Below are positions 19,981-28,641 of a stretch of DNA of 34,526 nucleotides, piece by piece. The position numbers and the translations under genes were made by a program. The notes under the pieces are model-generated. The model searched no databases, was not told where the DNA came from, and was given only the letters and a program-made list of their open reading frames with translations. The stretch is from a bacterium (GTDB lineage: Bacteria; Hinthialibacterota; Hinthialibacteria; Hinthialibacterales; Hinthialibacteraceae): assembly GCA_963663405.2 (NCBI GenBank), contig CAXXSM010000071.1, positions 1 to 34,526 on the forward strand. The letters run 5' to 3'. Position 1 is the stretch's first letter; every line of letters begins with the position of its first letter.

Positions 19981-20157
19981 TTTAATCATTCCCCATTTCA
20001 ATCGTAACAAAAAATATAAATAAGTAAATTCATAACGCGCCGCATCCTGCCAGCATGTAGGATATACGCGATACTCTTCTTCATAACAAAACGGTTAAGT
20101 TTGGTAACTAAAATCTACATCCATAGATAAAGGAAAAGCAAACATTCCACCTATGCG

Positions 20158-20177
20158 TTAAACGAAAATTCGTTTAA
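20158..20177. promoter_or_regulatory. Perfect inverted repeat, candidate operator
   Basis: TTAAACGAA-AA-TTCGTTTAA upstream of the BlaI-like gene. Confidence 0.4.
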
Positions 20178-20684
20178 TAAGGTTTCTTAGTAACCGCTTC
20201 GTCGAATATAACTAAATGATAAATCCAATCAAAATAAATGAGCCTGAACTGGCGCATCATAGTCAATAACATTACTGCGTTAGGTCTGACGGATCCCTCA
20301 CAATTTATATATACTATATATTTAAAATATATTCACCTCCAGTCTTCCAATAGGAATTTCTCCTCTTCCATCGGATGAAATTTATATAGTACTAGCGCTA
20401 TTGGATCCCATTGGTAAGGCGCTAAATTCAAATCATCGGATTGATTGATCGTAAATCCACTCCTACATTCCAACCGATTCACAATTCAATACCAGAAGTA
20501 ACTATTTTTAAAAAGTATGCGCTTTCTCGTGAAAAAATTCAAGTCAAAAACGCCTATTACAACTATATTTTTTTGATTATTCGTTCGTTCGTTCGTTTTT
20601 TGACTCATTTCTTCACATAAAGAGCATTAACGAATCATGGTTATGGCATTCGTATACTATTGAAGTGGCCTGGATACCGGTTTT

Positions 20685-23600
20685 TTACTTCTTGCCATAA
20701 CAAATAACGTTCCCATCACGCGCCGCCATAAACAATCGGTTATAAGCCGCGATCAGCCCATCAAAAACCGGAGGCGATTCCAATGAATAGTCCACCACCT
20801 GTTTCCCATCCTTGGCCGAGAACGCGCATAGAATCCCGCCTTTCCGCCCCTCAAACGCCGCTAATGGATCGCTTGGATCCAACGTATCCGGTGGACCGGC
20901 GGCAAAAAGAATCTCTCCAGCCTGGACCATCGCCCGCACTCGAACGGGGATCCATACATTCCATTTCGGCGCGCGGGTTCGAATAAAACCGGTCGCTTTA
21001 TCTTTATCGACTCCCGTTCCATCAAGCGTATGGCCAATCGCGGGATTTACATCCGGCAGCCATTTCACCGGCTTCGGATTCCCACCGGCGTCCACCAACG
21101 CGGGTTCGTTGTCGTTATCATCAGCGAAGAGCAGATACCCATCCGTCGCGGGGAAAAACATGACGCTGTGCCGGTTGCGCCGTGTGAATGTCTTCACTCC
21201 GTATGTGGTTTCCTCATCAAACACAAGCAGCTGACCGGCTTTTGGAGCCTGGTTGCCGATATAATAACCAGGCCACCGTTCGGAATACATCCAGAACGTT
21301 CGGTTCCATCCACTGTCATCCAAAAATCCGGCGGTCGAAAAAATGTGCCGCCCCATTTTGCGGTCCCCGAAATTCGTGATCCGGGGCGTATCTCGTAGAT
21401 TTAATTCCCGATCGAGCATTATCTGCTGCATATACAGATACGTCCCGTCCGTAACGAGAACATCCGTCCAAGCTCCCTCCATATCAAACGGGCGGCCGAT
21501 ATCTTCAGGAAGGTTGGGATCCGGGCCGTCAAGACATGTTTCATACAGGACGGCGCCTGTCCGTGGATTCAATCCATAAACGTAAATCCCTCCATCAAGA
21601 TAGGACGAACGCCCGGCGGAGCAATAAACCACGCCGTCTAGAATCAACGGGCTTCCATGAACCGGCCAGGCCGATTCCAACTGCCCAAATGAAAAGATCC
21701 GGCGGTCCTCCGGCGCGGCGCGAAACCGCCAAATCAACTCACCATTCGCGGCGGATAAGCAATAAAACCAACCATCCGCCGAACCCGCCAAAACCATTCC
21801 TTCATAAAAAGCGGGAGGCGAATCAACGCGCCCGCCCGTTGTGAAACTCCACTCTTTCGTACCCGTGTCCGCGTTCAGCGCGTAAATCGTATGTGTGTCC
21901 ACAGACGAGAGGAAAAGCTTTCCACCCGCCGCTATCGGCTGCGTGAGTTTCCCACCTAATTGAGTTTCCCAAAGCCGATCCACTTCCACCGGCGCCGTTG
22001 TCGACGCGCATCCGCTCCGCCTCGAATCATGCCGGAACGCAGGCCAAGCGTCTAAGGAAGCCGCCGCCCCCGCTTCGGAAATGGGAAACGCAGATCCTTT
22101 TTCAAATCGTTTTTCCGGCCCGGTTTTTTGACCGCCTTGCAGCTGAGAAACCAGAGCGTTGAAACCGTTGAGTTTGACGCCCTGGTAGCAGAAACATTGA
22201 TGCGGTGGGATGTAGATCGAGCCGTTGCAGGGCATAAATCCTAGTTTGCACGTCGGCCGCAGCCAGTCATGCCGCATATGGTTGTCGGATTCAAGATCGA
22301 GAAACTCAACGCCCCGCTTCGGCCAGAGCAGATATCGCTCAGTCGCTTTGCTCCGGTAACAGCGGAAATGATGGCCGGGTGTAATTAGGTTATGAACTTC
22401 GATGGTCTTTTTAACCTTCCCCGTCCATGGATCTTTTCCCGATACTTTTGTATATGTATTGACGGATGTATCATCCAGCCAGACATTTGTGCCATACCGA
22501 TTGTCTGGCCCTCCCGCCCAGACCAGCCCATCGGCGACGAATAGATCCGGTGGATTCGAAACGCCAGGGCCTTTTACACCGGGCCCTTTCCACAACGATT
22601 GACCGTTTTTAATCGAAAACGCTTCCAATTGATTCGGACCGGCGAACAGGACAAGATCCTGGTAGACAACGAGTGTGACCGGCGATCCCCATATACTGGC
22701 TTTCTGTACAGCGGCTGGCGCTCGCCACCGTTCGGCGCCGGTTTCTACATCCCGGCAGACAATTTCCTTGAAATTGTTATACACCACACAATCTTTCCCC
22801 ATCGCCAGAGAAAGAGGGAGAACTTTCTCTTCTGTTTCTTTCCAAAGAACTTCCCCTGTTTGAATCCGGAGGGCTTGTATCGTCTCAAGCGGAGTGTTCC
22901 CCGTACGGCGTTTTTCCGTTCCTTGATCGTGATTCCGGATACATAGGTAAAGCACGCCTTCACGAAGCAGGATTTCATCCGCGCCCTTCGTGTTTTCAAA
23001 GATTCGGATCGTATCGCCCGTCGCCGCGTCAAGTTCAGATACAGGCGCGTCGTATCCCAGAGTGAAATAGACTCGATTCCCATCAGCGGCCAACCGACGT
23101 GGATTGACTTGCGGGGTGCGGGTCCGTTGGCCGCGAAGGCCGGTCCAGTCCTTCCCTTCAAGTTCCTCTCGTTTCCATTCCCTCCATCCCCATTGAGGCA
23201 AAGGCCGTTTCCAAAGCAGGGCGCCATTGAACGCGTCCCGCGCCGCGAGCGCCCATTGTTGCGGAAGTCTCTCATCCGTGATCCCTATAAGGCCTTCATC
23301 AAGAATATAGAATAAACGCCCCTGAGCCGACACAAGCGCGCCCACCGTGGCGTCGATCTCGTGGCTTCGCGCATAGAGAGGGCCGCAGACCCATTGCAGA
23401 TGTTTCGGTGGGCCGACGAGTGTGTCATCGGCCACCGCGTTCCCCGACGCGTCATGAAGGTAATGGGTCCATTCGTCCATCTCGTCCGGCCAAGGTTTAA
23501 CCGATCGCTTCCATTCCCCATTCTCCTTGATGTACGCCATACCCAAAGGAACGAGAACCCGCATCACCTCATCCATCGAGATCCCGTCCAGGTCTTCTGA

Positions 23601-23978
23601 AACCAGAAGATTCACAAGATTGTCTGTATACGGCAGACGGTTTCCATGAAAACGTTCCACGGATATCGTTCCATACCGCCCCAGCGATTGAATATAGCGC
23701 CGGGCCATAGTCACATTCTCTATAGCAGTATCCAATCCGTGGACTCGAAACGCGTCCCCCCGGCCCAACGCGGCGGTCAGTTTCCCATCCCCACATCCTA
23801 CATGCGCGATCAATCCTCCTTGAACCCCCGTCTCATTGAGAATGTGGTCCGCCAACGCTTCTACATCTGTCTCCGCCACCCCCTTGCTTTCGAAAATAAA
23901 AAGAATGGAGAAAAGAAGAAAGAGAATAAATAAGCGCGATCGAAATCGATTTGGTTTGGAATGGAAAATGTTCCTCAT
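20685..23978 (-). CDS. Large secreted protein: SAM-methyltransferase-like domain plus PQQ-type beta-propeller repeats
   Basis: Signal peptide; HVGCGDG motif I; repeated ..A..G...W propeller motifs; GRVDSPP, ESAWP, AGRSSYLDGG. Confidence 0.85.
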   Translation of the reverse strand: MRNIFHSKPNRFRSRLFILFLLFSILFIFESKGVAETDVEALADHILNETGVQGGLIAHVGCGDGKLTAALGRGDAFRVHGLDTAIENVTMARRYIQSLGRYGTISVERFHGNRLPYTDNLVNLLVSEDLDGISMDEVMRVLVPLGMAYIKENGEWKRSVKPWPDEMDEWTHYLHDASGNAVADDTLVGPPKHLQWVCGPLYARSHEIDATVGALVSAQGRLFYILDEGLIGITDERLPQQWALAARDAFNGALLWKRPLPQWGWREWKREELEGKDWTGLRGQRTRTPQVNPRRLAADGNRVYFTLGYDAPVSELDAATGDTIRIFENTKGADEILLREGVLYLCIRNHDQGTEKRRTGNTPLETIQALRIQTGEVLWKETEEKVLPLSLAMGKDCVVYNNFKEIVCRDVETGAERWRAPAAVQKASIWGSPVTLVVYQDLVLFAGPNQLEAFSIKNGQSLWKGPGVKGPGVSNPPDLFVADGLVWAGGPDNRYGTNVWLDDTSVNTYTKVSGKDPWTGKVKKTIEVHNLITPGHHFRCYRSKATERYLLWPKRGVEFLDLESDNHMRHDWLRPTCKLGFMPCNGSIYIPPHQCFCYQGVKLNGFNALVSQLQGGQKTGPEKRFEKGSAFPISEAGAAASLDAWPAFRHDSRRSGCASTTAPVEVDRLWETQLGGKLTQPIAAGGKLFLSSVDTHTIYALNADTGTKEWSFTTGGRVDSPPAFYEGMVLAGSADGWFYCLSAANGELIWRFRAAPEDRRIFSFGQLESAWPVHGSPLILDGVVYCSAGRSSYLDGGIYVYGLNPRTGAVLYETCLDGPDPNLPEDIGRPFDMEGAWTDVLVTDGTYLYMQQIMLDRELNLRDTPRITNFGDRKMGRHIFSTAGFLDDSGWNRTFWMYSERWPGYYIGNQAPKAGQLLVFDEETTYGVKTFTRRNRHSVMFFPATDGYLLFADDNDNEPALVDAGGNPKPVKWLPDVNPAIGHTLDGTGVDKDKATGFIRTRAPKWNVWIPVRVRAMVQAGEILFAAGPPDTLDPSDPLAAFEGRKGGILCAFSAKDGKQVVDYSLESPPVFDGLIAAYNRLFMAARDGNVICYGKK

Positions 23979-24140
23979 GGCGTCTTACCTCAGATGAAAT
24001 GGAATGGATACTCAATCCCAGCGTATCAAAACTAACCATTCAATACAAGCGGGGGAAGGAAATTCACATTCTTCAAACAGCTGACAAATTGATTGTGATT
24101 CGTACGCCAAGGACAAGGCTTTATTGAAAATTATCGAGAC

Positions 24141-24174
24141 GGGTAACCAGGGCAAGGTTTTTTCTAACTTGGCG
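24141..24174 (+). repeat. Degenerate REP copy A
   Basis: GGGTAACCAGGGCAAGGTTTTTTCTAACTTGGCG. Confidence 0.65.
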
Positions 24175-24322
24175 TTATTCTCACAAACCGAATGGAACGC
24201 GGGCGTCCTTGCCCGTGATTGATAGAACACAACCCCTTGCGATGAATCATGGGCGCCCGCATGATTACACAGAGATGTTCTTGTATACTGTTTACATTCA
24301 ATACTGGAACATATCAATTGCC

Positions 24323-24355
24323 GGGCGCCCAGGGCAAGGCTTTTTTCTGCCCTGG
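24323..24355 (+). repeat. REP copy B
   Basis: GGGCGCCCAGGGCAAGGCTTTTTTCTGCCCTGG. Confidence 0.92.
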
Positions 24356-24521
24356 CGGTCACCAGCTGGATGTGTTGTTGTAGCGTATATTTCGAATGGA
24401 TGATTGTTTTATCAGACAAATGGTGCGGGCGTGCAGGTGTCGGTGGTTTGTGGAGAGAGATAACGTTTTTTCTTTCTAGTTGATTGAGGGGGGGATTATT
24501 GGAAGGTTTGATGGATTTAGA

Positions 24522-24554
24522 CCAGGGCAGAAAAAAACCTTGCCCTGGGTACCC
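24522..24554 (-). repeat. REP copy C (inverted), preceded by a copy of the RAYT 3' end
   Basis: CCAGGGCAGAAAAAAACCTTGCCCTGGGTACCC; 24492-24556 matches 25603-25667 with 2 mismatches. Confidence 0.92.
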
Positions 24555-24649
24555 GTAAAATAAGGTAAAGACTCCAACTCTAGCGCCGTTACTTGACCAG
24601 GGCGCCTGTTCCTAGATTTCTACTGAGCACAGTGTTAGAAGATATTAAA

Positions 24650-24946
24650 ATGCCTTGGATTAATCAAAAATATTTTAAAAAGTCGATCTTCTCAAAGGAT
24701 GGAGAAGATTGGTTTATGAAGGTCTGGATGGATCATGATGCTGAGGGAATTTTCCAGGAGCATATATTTTTTTGGAATAATGAAAAATCTGAAATGGGAA
24801 GGTTGATTCTAAAAGAACCTAATACCCTTCATATTAATAAGTTAATACAAAAGGTTCGGAAAATACTATGTAAGAATGATTTAAGAGAGAAATATAAATT
24901 CACATTAAAATTTCCCCTTGAAAGATATGAGGAAAATTGGCGCTAA
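24650..24946 (+). CDS. AT-rich hypothetical protein (98 aa) between REPs C and D
   Basis: Open frame from MPWINQKYF; AT-rich; no family recognised. Confidence 0.6.
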   Translation: MPWINQKYFKKSIFSKDGEDWFMKVWMDHDAEGIFQEHIFFWNNEKSEMGRLILKEPNTLHINKLIQKVRKILCKNDLREKYKFTLKFPLERYEENWR

Positions 24947-24997
24947 TCAATCGCTAGTGGTGACATTAATCGTTAATGCTCGTGTCCTATCATATGT

Positions 24998-25030
24998 GGG
25001 TACCCAGGGCAAGGCTTTTTTCTGCCCTGG
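24998..25030 (+). repeat. REP copy D (left of RAYT)
   Basis: GGGTACCCAGGGCAAGGCTTTTTTCTGCCCTGG. Confidence 0.92.
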
Positions 25031-25058
25031 CGGTTTCTACTAAATTTCAATTATTTCA

Positions 25059-25622
25059 ATGAACAACTCCCAACATCTCTATCACACTTCAAAGAAAAAT
25101 CTTCGATTTCAAGATCACCCTAAACCAGTACGGATCAATGAATCCGGTCATATTCATTTCGTAACAACATCTTGTTTCGATCAAAAACCTTTCTTTTCCC
25201 GAAGTTGGACTCGACAACTCGTCATGAAGGCAATCAATAAAATAAGAGAGAAAAAGGGATTTTTAGTTTTGGGGTATGTATTGATGCCGGATCATGCCCA
25301 TTTATTGATCGCTCCGGATCAATGTCAAAATATCTCCAAGGCGGTCAAACACATGAAATGGTACTCCTCAATTTTATTGTTGTCGGCGTTACGAAAAAAA
25401 GGAATGCATGAGAAAGCGTTATGGCTTCCTGGATTTTATGATTTTAATGTTTCTACCCAAAAGAAGTTTATCGAGAAATTAGATTATTGTCATATGAATC
25501 CTGTTAGGCGTGGTTTGACCGAGTCTCCCGATGAATGGGAATATTCAAGTTTTCTGAATTATGAATATGATGACGATCATATTTTTCGCGTTGATCGTTG
25601 GTGGGATTATTGGAAGGTTTGA
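25059..25622 (+). mobile_element. REP-associated tyrosine transposase (RAYT, IS200/Y1 HUH family)
   Basis: HFVT, YVLMPDHAHLL (HUH), LW..GFYD, LDYCHMNPVRRGL (catalytic Tyr), EWEYSS; flanked by inverted REPs. Confidence 0.92.
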
Positions 25623-25632
25623 TGGATTTAGA

Positions 25633-25665
25633 CCAGGGCAGAAAAAAGCCTTGCCCTGGGTGCCC
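25633..25665 (-). repeat. REP copy E (right of RAYT)
   Basis: CCAGGGCAGAAAAAAGCCTTGCCCTGGGTGCCC. Confidence 0.92.
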
Positions 25666-25763
25666 GTGATTGATAGAATCCAACTCCCTGCGATGAGTCA
25701 ATGGGCACACAGGATTTTAATCCTTGGAGACTCACTCCCTCAAAGTAACTTACCATAGGTGAT

Positions 25764-25831
25764 GGGTGCCCAGGGCAAGGCTTTTTTCTGCCCTGGCTAA
25801 ATCTGACTAAATCCATCAAACCTGCCAATAA
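25764..25831 (+). repeat. REP copy F with extended tail, inverted partner of E
   Basis: GGGTGCCCAGGGCAAGGCTTTTTTCTGCCCTGG (25764-96) plus CTAAATCCATCAAACCTGCCAATAA (25807-31), reverse complement of the E tail with 1 mismatch. Confidence 0.9.
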
Positions 25832-25833
25832 AC

Positions 25834-28452
25834 CTACTCCCCCTCAAAATAACAAACCGCCCGCTGTTTCAGCGTATTCGCATTGATTCTCAGTACGCTG
25901 TCTTTCCTATGCTTGGATACATCAATTACTCGCACAACATGCGACCAATGAGATTCATCAGGATACAATTCCGGCAGCCGGTTGATCGATTCCGAGAAAA
26001 ACTGCTCGTTCAATAGGTTGCCTTTTCGATCGGGGAAAAAAGCGAGGTAGAGCATATCCAATTCAATCATCTCACTGAAAAAATGCGTTCCCAGCGAGAC
26101 ATCCGGCACGAGATTGTCCCTCATGGCTACAATCTCGCAAATGATGGACACAGTATTGATGTCAGCGAATGAGACCGGCACCCCCAGTGATGGAGTCGTC
26201 GTGCCCCAGCGCCCAGGGCCAATGAGCAGTATCGTATTTGGAATCTCTCCATTCTCCGGATGAGTCAACTGGCCGATCAGCCTGGCCACGGAATAACGCT
26301 CACTCAAAGGAAGCCCCCCGTATACAGAGGGGACTACATAGATCACTCGATCGATGTTCTCCAAGCGGCTGTGACCGATCACAGGGCCTTTCACATGAAG
26401 CACTAAATCCTTTTCCTCAACCGGAGTGGGCGGTTCGATGATCGCGCCGCCTCCCTTCACTTGGAACGGCCTGCATTGCACTAGATTAATTTTGTAATCA
26501 TCGTAATCGGTAAAATTGACCGTAAACTCAATATCAACAGGATATTCATACGCCTCATGGATGGTCTGCAGAATTTCGCGCATATCACTCGCGAAGGCTG
26601 TCTTGGAAAGCAGTTTATCGAATGTTAAAACAGAATAGGATGGATTCCCCGCCAGGCCTCTTCCACTCGAGCGAAAAGGACTGTTAATAGAAGACGCGCA
26701 TAACTCGATCGGAAGAGGCGCGCTCTGTTCAGCGACGGTATTGAATTCTTTCGCGACGAGCTGATTCGATTCCATATCCAGCACGTCGACTTTTTTCTGA
26801 GAATACTTATGCGCTTCCCCTTCGCTTGATTCGGGCCGTTTCTGTGGCGCGCTTAACGCGATTAACCGGGTGTAATCATCATCGGATCGATCCACCGCCC
26901 GCGTCCCCAAACCAAACACGAGACGCAATACACCCGCCTCCGATTCAATATTCTCTTCCCAAACGAATGGATTGAACGAATAGCCCACCCCCGCCGCGTG
27001 TGGATAAAATAGACTCCCGTTCAATGAACCTGATACGCGCATCACCAACAAAGCCATCTGCTCGTCTTGTTCGAGAATCCCTCGGTTGGCCCGGTATGTA
27101 ATGGCTTTTTCACTCATTGTGCTCGCGTAGACGGTCCGTACCGCGGAAATGAAATCCTCCAGCCGTTTATGCCGTGAACCTTGATTCGCGCAAAAGATAC
27201 TCTCGTACTTCCCCGGAAATGAATTGCCGAAATTGTCCTCCAACAGGCTGCTCGAACGGACAAGGATCGGTGATTGACCATAATAATCGAGCATATCCAC
27301 GAATTGTTTGACAATGTAATCAGGAAAGGATCCCATCAAAATCCGCTGCCGCGTAATAAACGCGTTCGCCAAAATCCCCTCCAAATCACTTGGCTGCTGC
27401 CGGATCCGCCAACAACCGTTATGGACAAGAAATGTGTAAAAAACATCCGATCCGATAAAGAACGAATCATGCGTCTCCAACTTTTCCGCTAATCGTTGAT
27501 TCTTCTTTTTAATAATCGCCCGCGCGAGAAGCATCCCAACCGACTTGCCTCCAATCAAACCGGTGCCAATCATCCTCCTTCCCACTTCAAGAAGATCCGA
27601 CAACGTGAAATACTTAGCGGCAAGAGTAAACACGCGTTCCTCACGCGCCACCATCATCCGTAATAAACGATGAAACTTGTGCTCCAATTCTTCATTAGAA
27701 ACGGTTCCTAACCGTTTCTTTTTTGCGACATGCTCCGCCCGGCGGAACGTGCGGTTCCAGACATCCAACTGGGGACTGGCGGACTCGACACCCGGCCAGG
27801 GAGAGGACGTCAAGATTTCAGAAATCGTTGGACTGTCTGTAACAGGGATAAATTCATCCCCGATCCAGGCGTGAAGGGTGAACATCATGGGAGAATGGCG
27901 CTGTTGGACTTTAAGAGGACGAACGTACAACTTCTCTTTGTGATGATAGACATCCAAGAACAACTGCGTCGTATTCGCAATGGCGGACGTGGCGTAAAAA
28001 GCGTGATGGTTGCGAAGCAGCGCGAAATAAGCGATCGCCTCCATATCGTAGAGATAGGGACAGGTCAACATAAAAAAATTGCCCAGCATCTGATCGCTAA
28101 ACCAGTCAGCCGCCAGATCCGTGAGACAATCGAACACATAATACGCGCCGCGTCCCTTCTCCCGTATGACCTGGTGAATTTCTGCGATAAACGTTTCAAA
28201 TCCCTCTTCGGGATCGATCACATGAATATCCGCCCCAAACGCGTCATCGAGTATGGCCTGATGTTTGGCGAATCGAAAATAAACCAGCCTCTTTTCCTGC
28301 TTGCGCGCACTGATACAGAACGGTTTCACAAACGCGAGATAATCCTCCACCGCGCTCACCTGCCATACGATATTATCACCTGGAATAAATCCCTTTAATA
28401 CGCGATCCAAACCAGGCAAACCTGTGCTTAGCTGAATGTCGTTCGTCATCAT
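25834..28452 (-). CDS. PEP/pyruvate-binding (PPDK_N ATP-grasp) domain protein with degenerate N-terminal RecA/KaiC-like domain
   Basis: STGLPGLDRVL start without a Walker A motif; IGGKS, VRSSSLLED..GKYES, FGLGTRAV, DIEF, VQCRP; C-terminal GPGRWGT..SLGTHFF. Confidence 0.85.
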   Translation of the reverse strand: MMTNDIQLSTGLPGLDRVLKGFIPGDNIVWQVSAVEDYLAFVKPFCISARKQEKRLVYFRFAKHQAILDDAFGADIHVIDPEEGFETFIAEIHQVIREKGRGAYYVFDCLTDLAADWFSDQMLGNFFMLTCPYLYDMEAIAYFALLRNHHAFYATSAIANTTQLFLDVYHHKEKLYVRPLKVQQRHSPMMFTLHAWIGDEFIPVTDSPTISEILTSSPWPGVESASPQLDVWNRTFRRAEHVAKKKRLGTVSNEELEHKFHRLLRMMVAREERVFTLAAKYFTLSDLLEVGRRMIGTGLIGGKSVGMLLARAIIKKKNQRLAEKLETHDSFFIGSDVFYTFLVHNGCWRIRQQPSDLEGILANAFITRQRILMGSFPDYIVKQFVDMLDYYGQSPILVRSSSLLEDNFGNSFPGKYESIFCANQGSRHKRLEDFISAVRTVYASTMSEKAITYRANRGILEQDEQMALLVMRVSGSLNGSLFYPHAAGVGYSFNPFVWEENIESEAGVLRLVFGLGTRAVDRSDDDYTRLIALSAPQKRPESSEGEAHKYSQKKVDVLDMESNQLVAKEFNTVAEQSAPLPIELCASSINSPFRSSGRGLAGNPSYSVLTFDKLLSKTAFASDMREILQTIHEAYEYPVDIEFTVNFTDYDDYKINLVQCRPFQVKGGGAIIEPPTPVEEKDLVLHVKGPVIGHSRLENIDRVIYVVPSVYGGLPLSERYSVARLIGQLTHPENGEIPNTILLIGPGRWGTTTPSLGVPVSFADINTVSIICEIVAMRDNLVPDVSLGTHFFSEMIELDMLYLAFFPDRKGNLLNEQFFSESINRLPELYPDESHWSHVVRVIDVSKHRKDSVLRINANTLKQRAVCYFEGE

Positions 28453-28569
28453 GGCTTTGCTCTTCTTTGTTATGATGGACCGGTAGGATTACCGGCCGTG
28501 TTAAAATGATCCCGGTTGTCGAGTGAGAAATGAATCCCAGCTGCTGTTGTTGCATCCACAATTATCAAT

Positions 28570-28600
28570 AAAAAAAGGGCGGCCTGAGAACCGCCCTTTT
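28570..28600 (-). terminator. Rho-independent terminator after gdhA
   Basis: Minus-strand GGGCGG-TTCTCAGG-CCGCCC followed by a T run; A/T tails on both sides, so possibly bidirectional. Confidence 0.85.
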
Positions 28601-28641
28601 CAACTCAACAAACAAAAACGGATCTCACAGTTCCGATTGGA

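Noticed and set aside
24012-24419. 135-aa minus-strand ORF and other short ORFs around the RAYT
   Set aside because: They read through REP hairpins and have no RBS or family signal.
25740-25750. 11-bp TCAAAGTAACT shared with 32310-32320
   Set aside because: An 11-mer match is expected by chance in 34 kb; not enough to link the RAYT locus to the TA cassette end.
24141-25796. 33-bp repeats as a CRISPR array
   Set aside because: Orientation alternates, spacing is irregular (about 100-600 bp), genes lie between copies, there are no cas genes, and a RAYT explains them.
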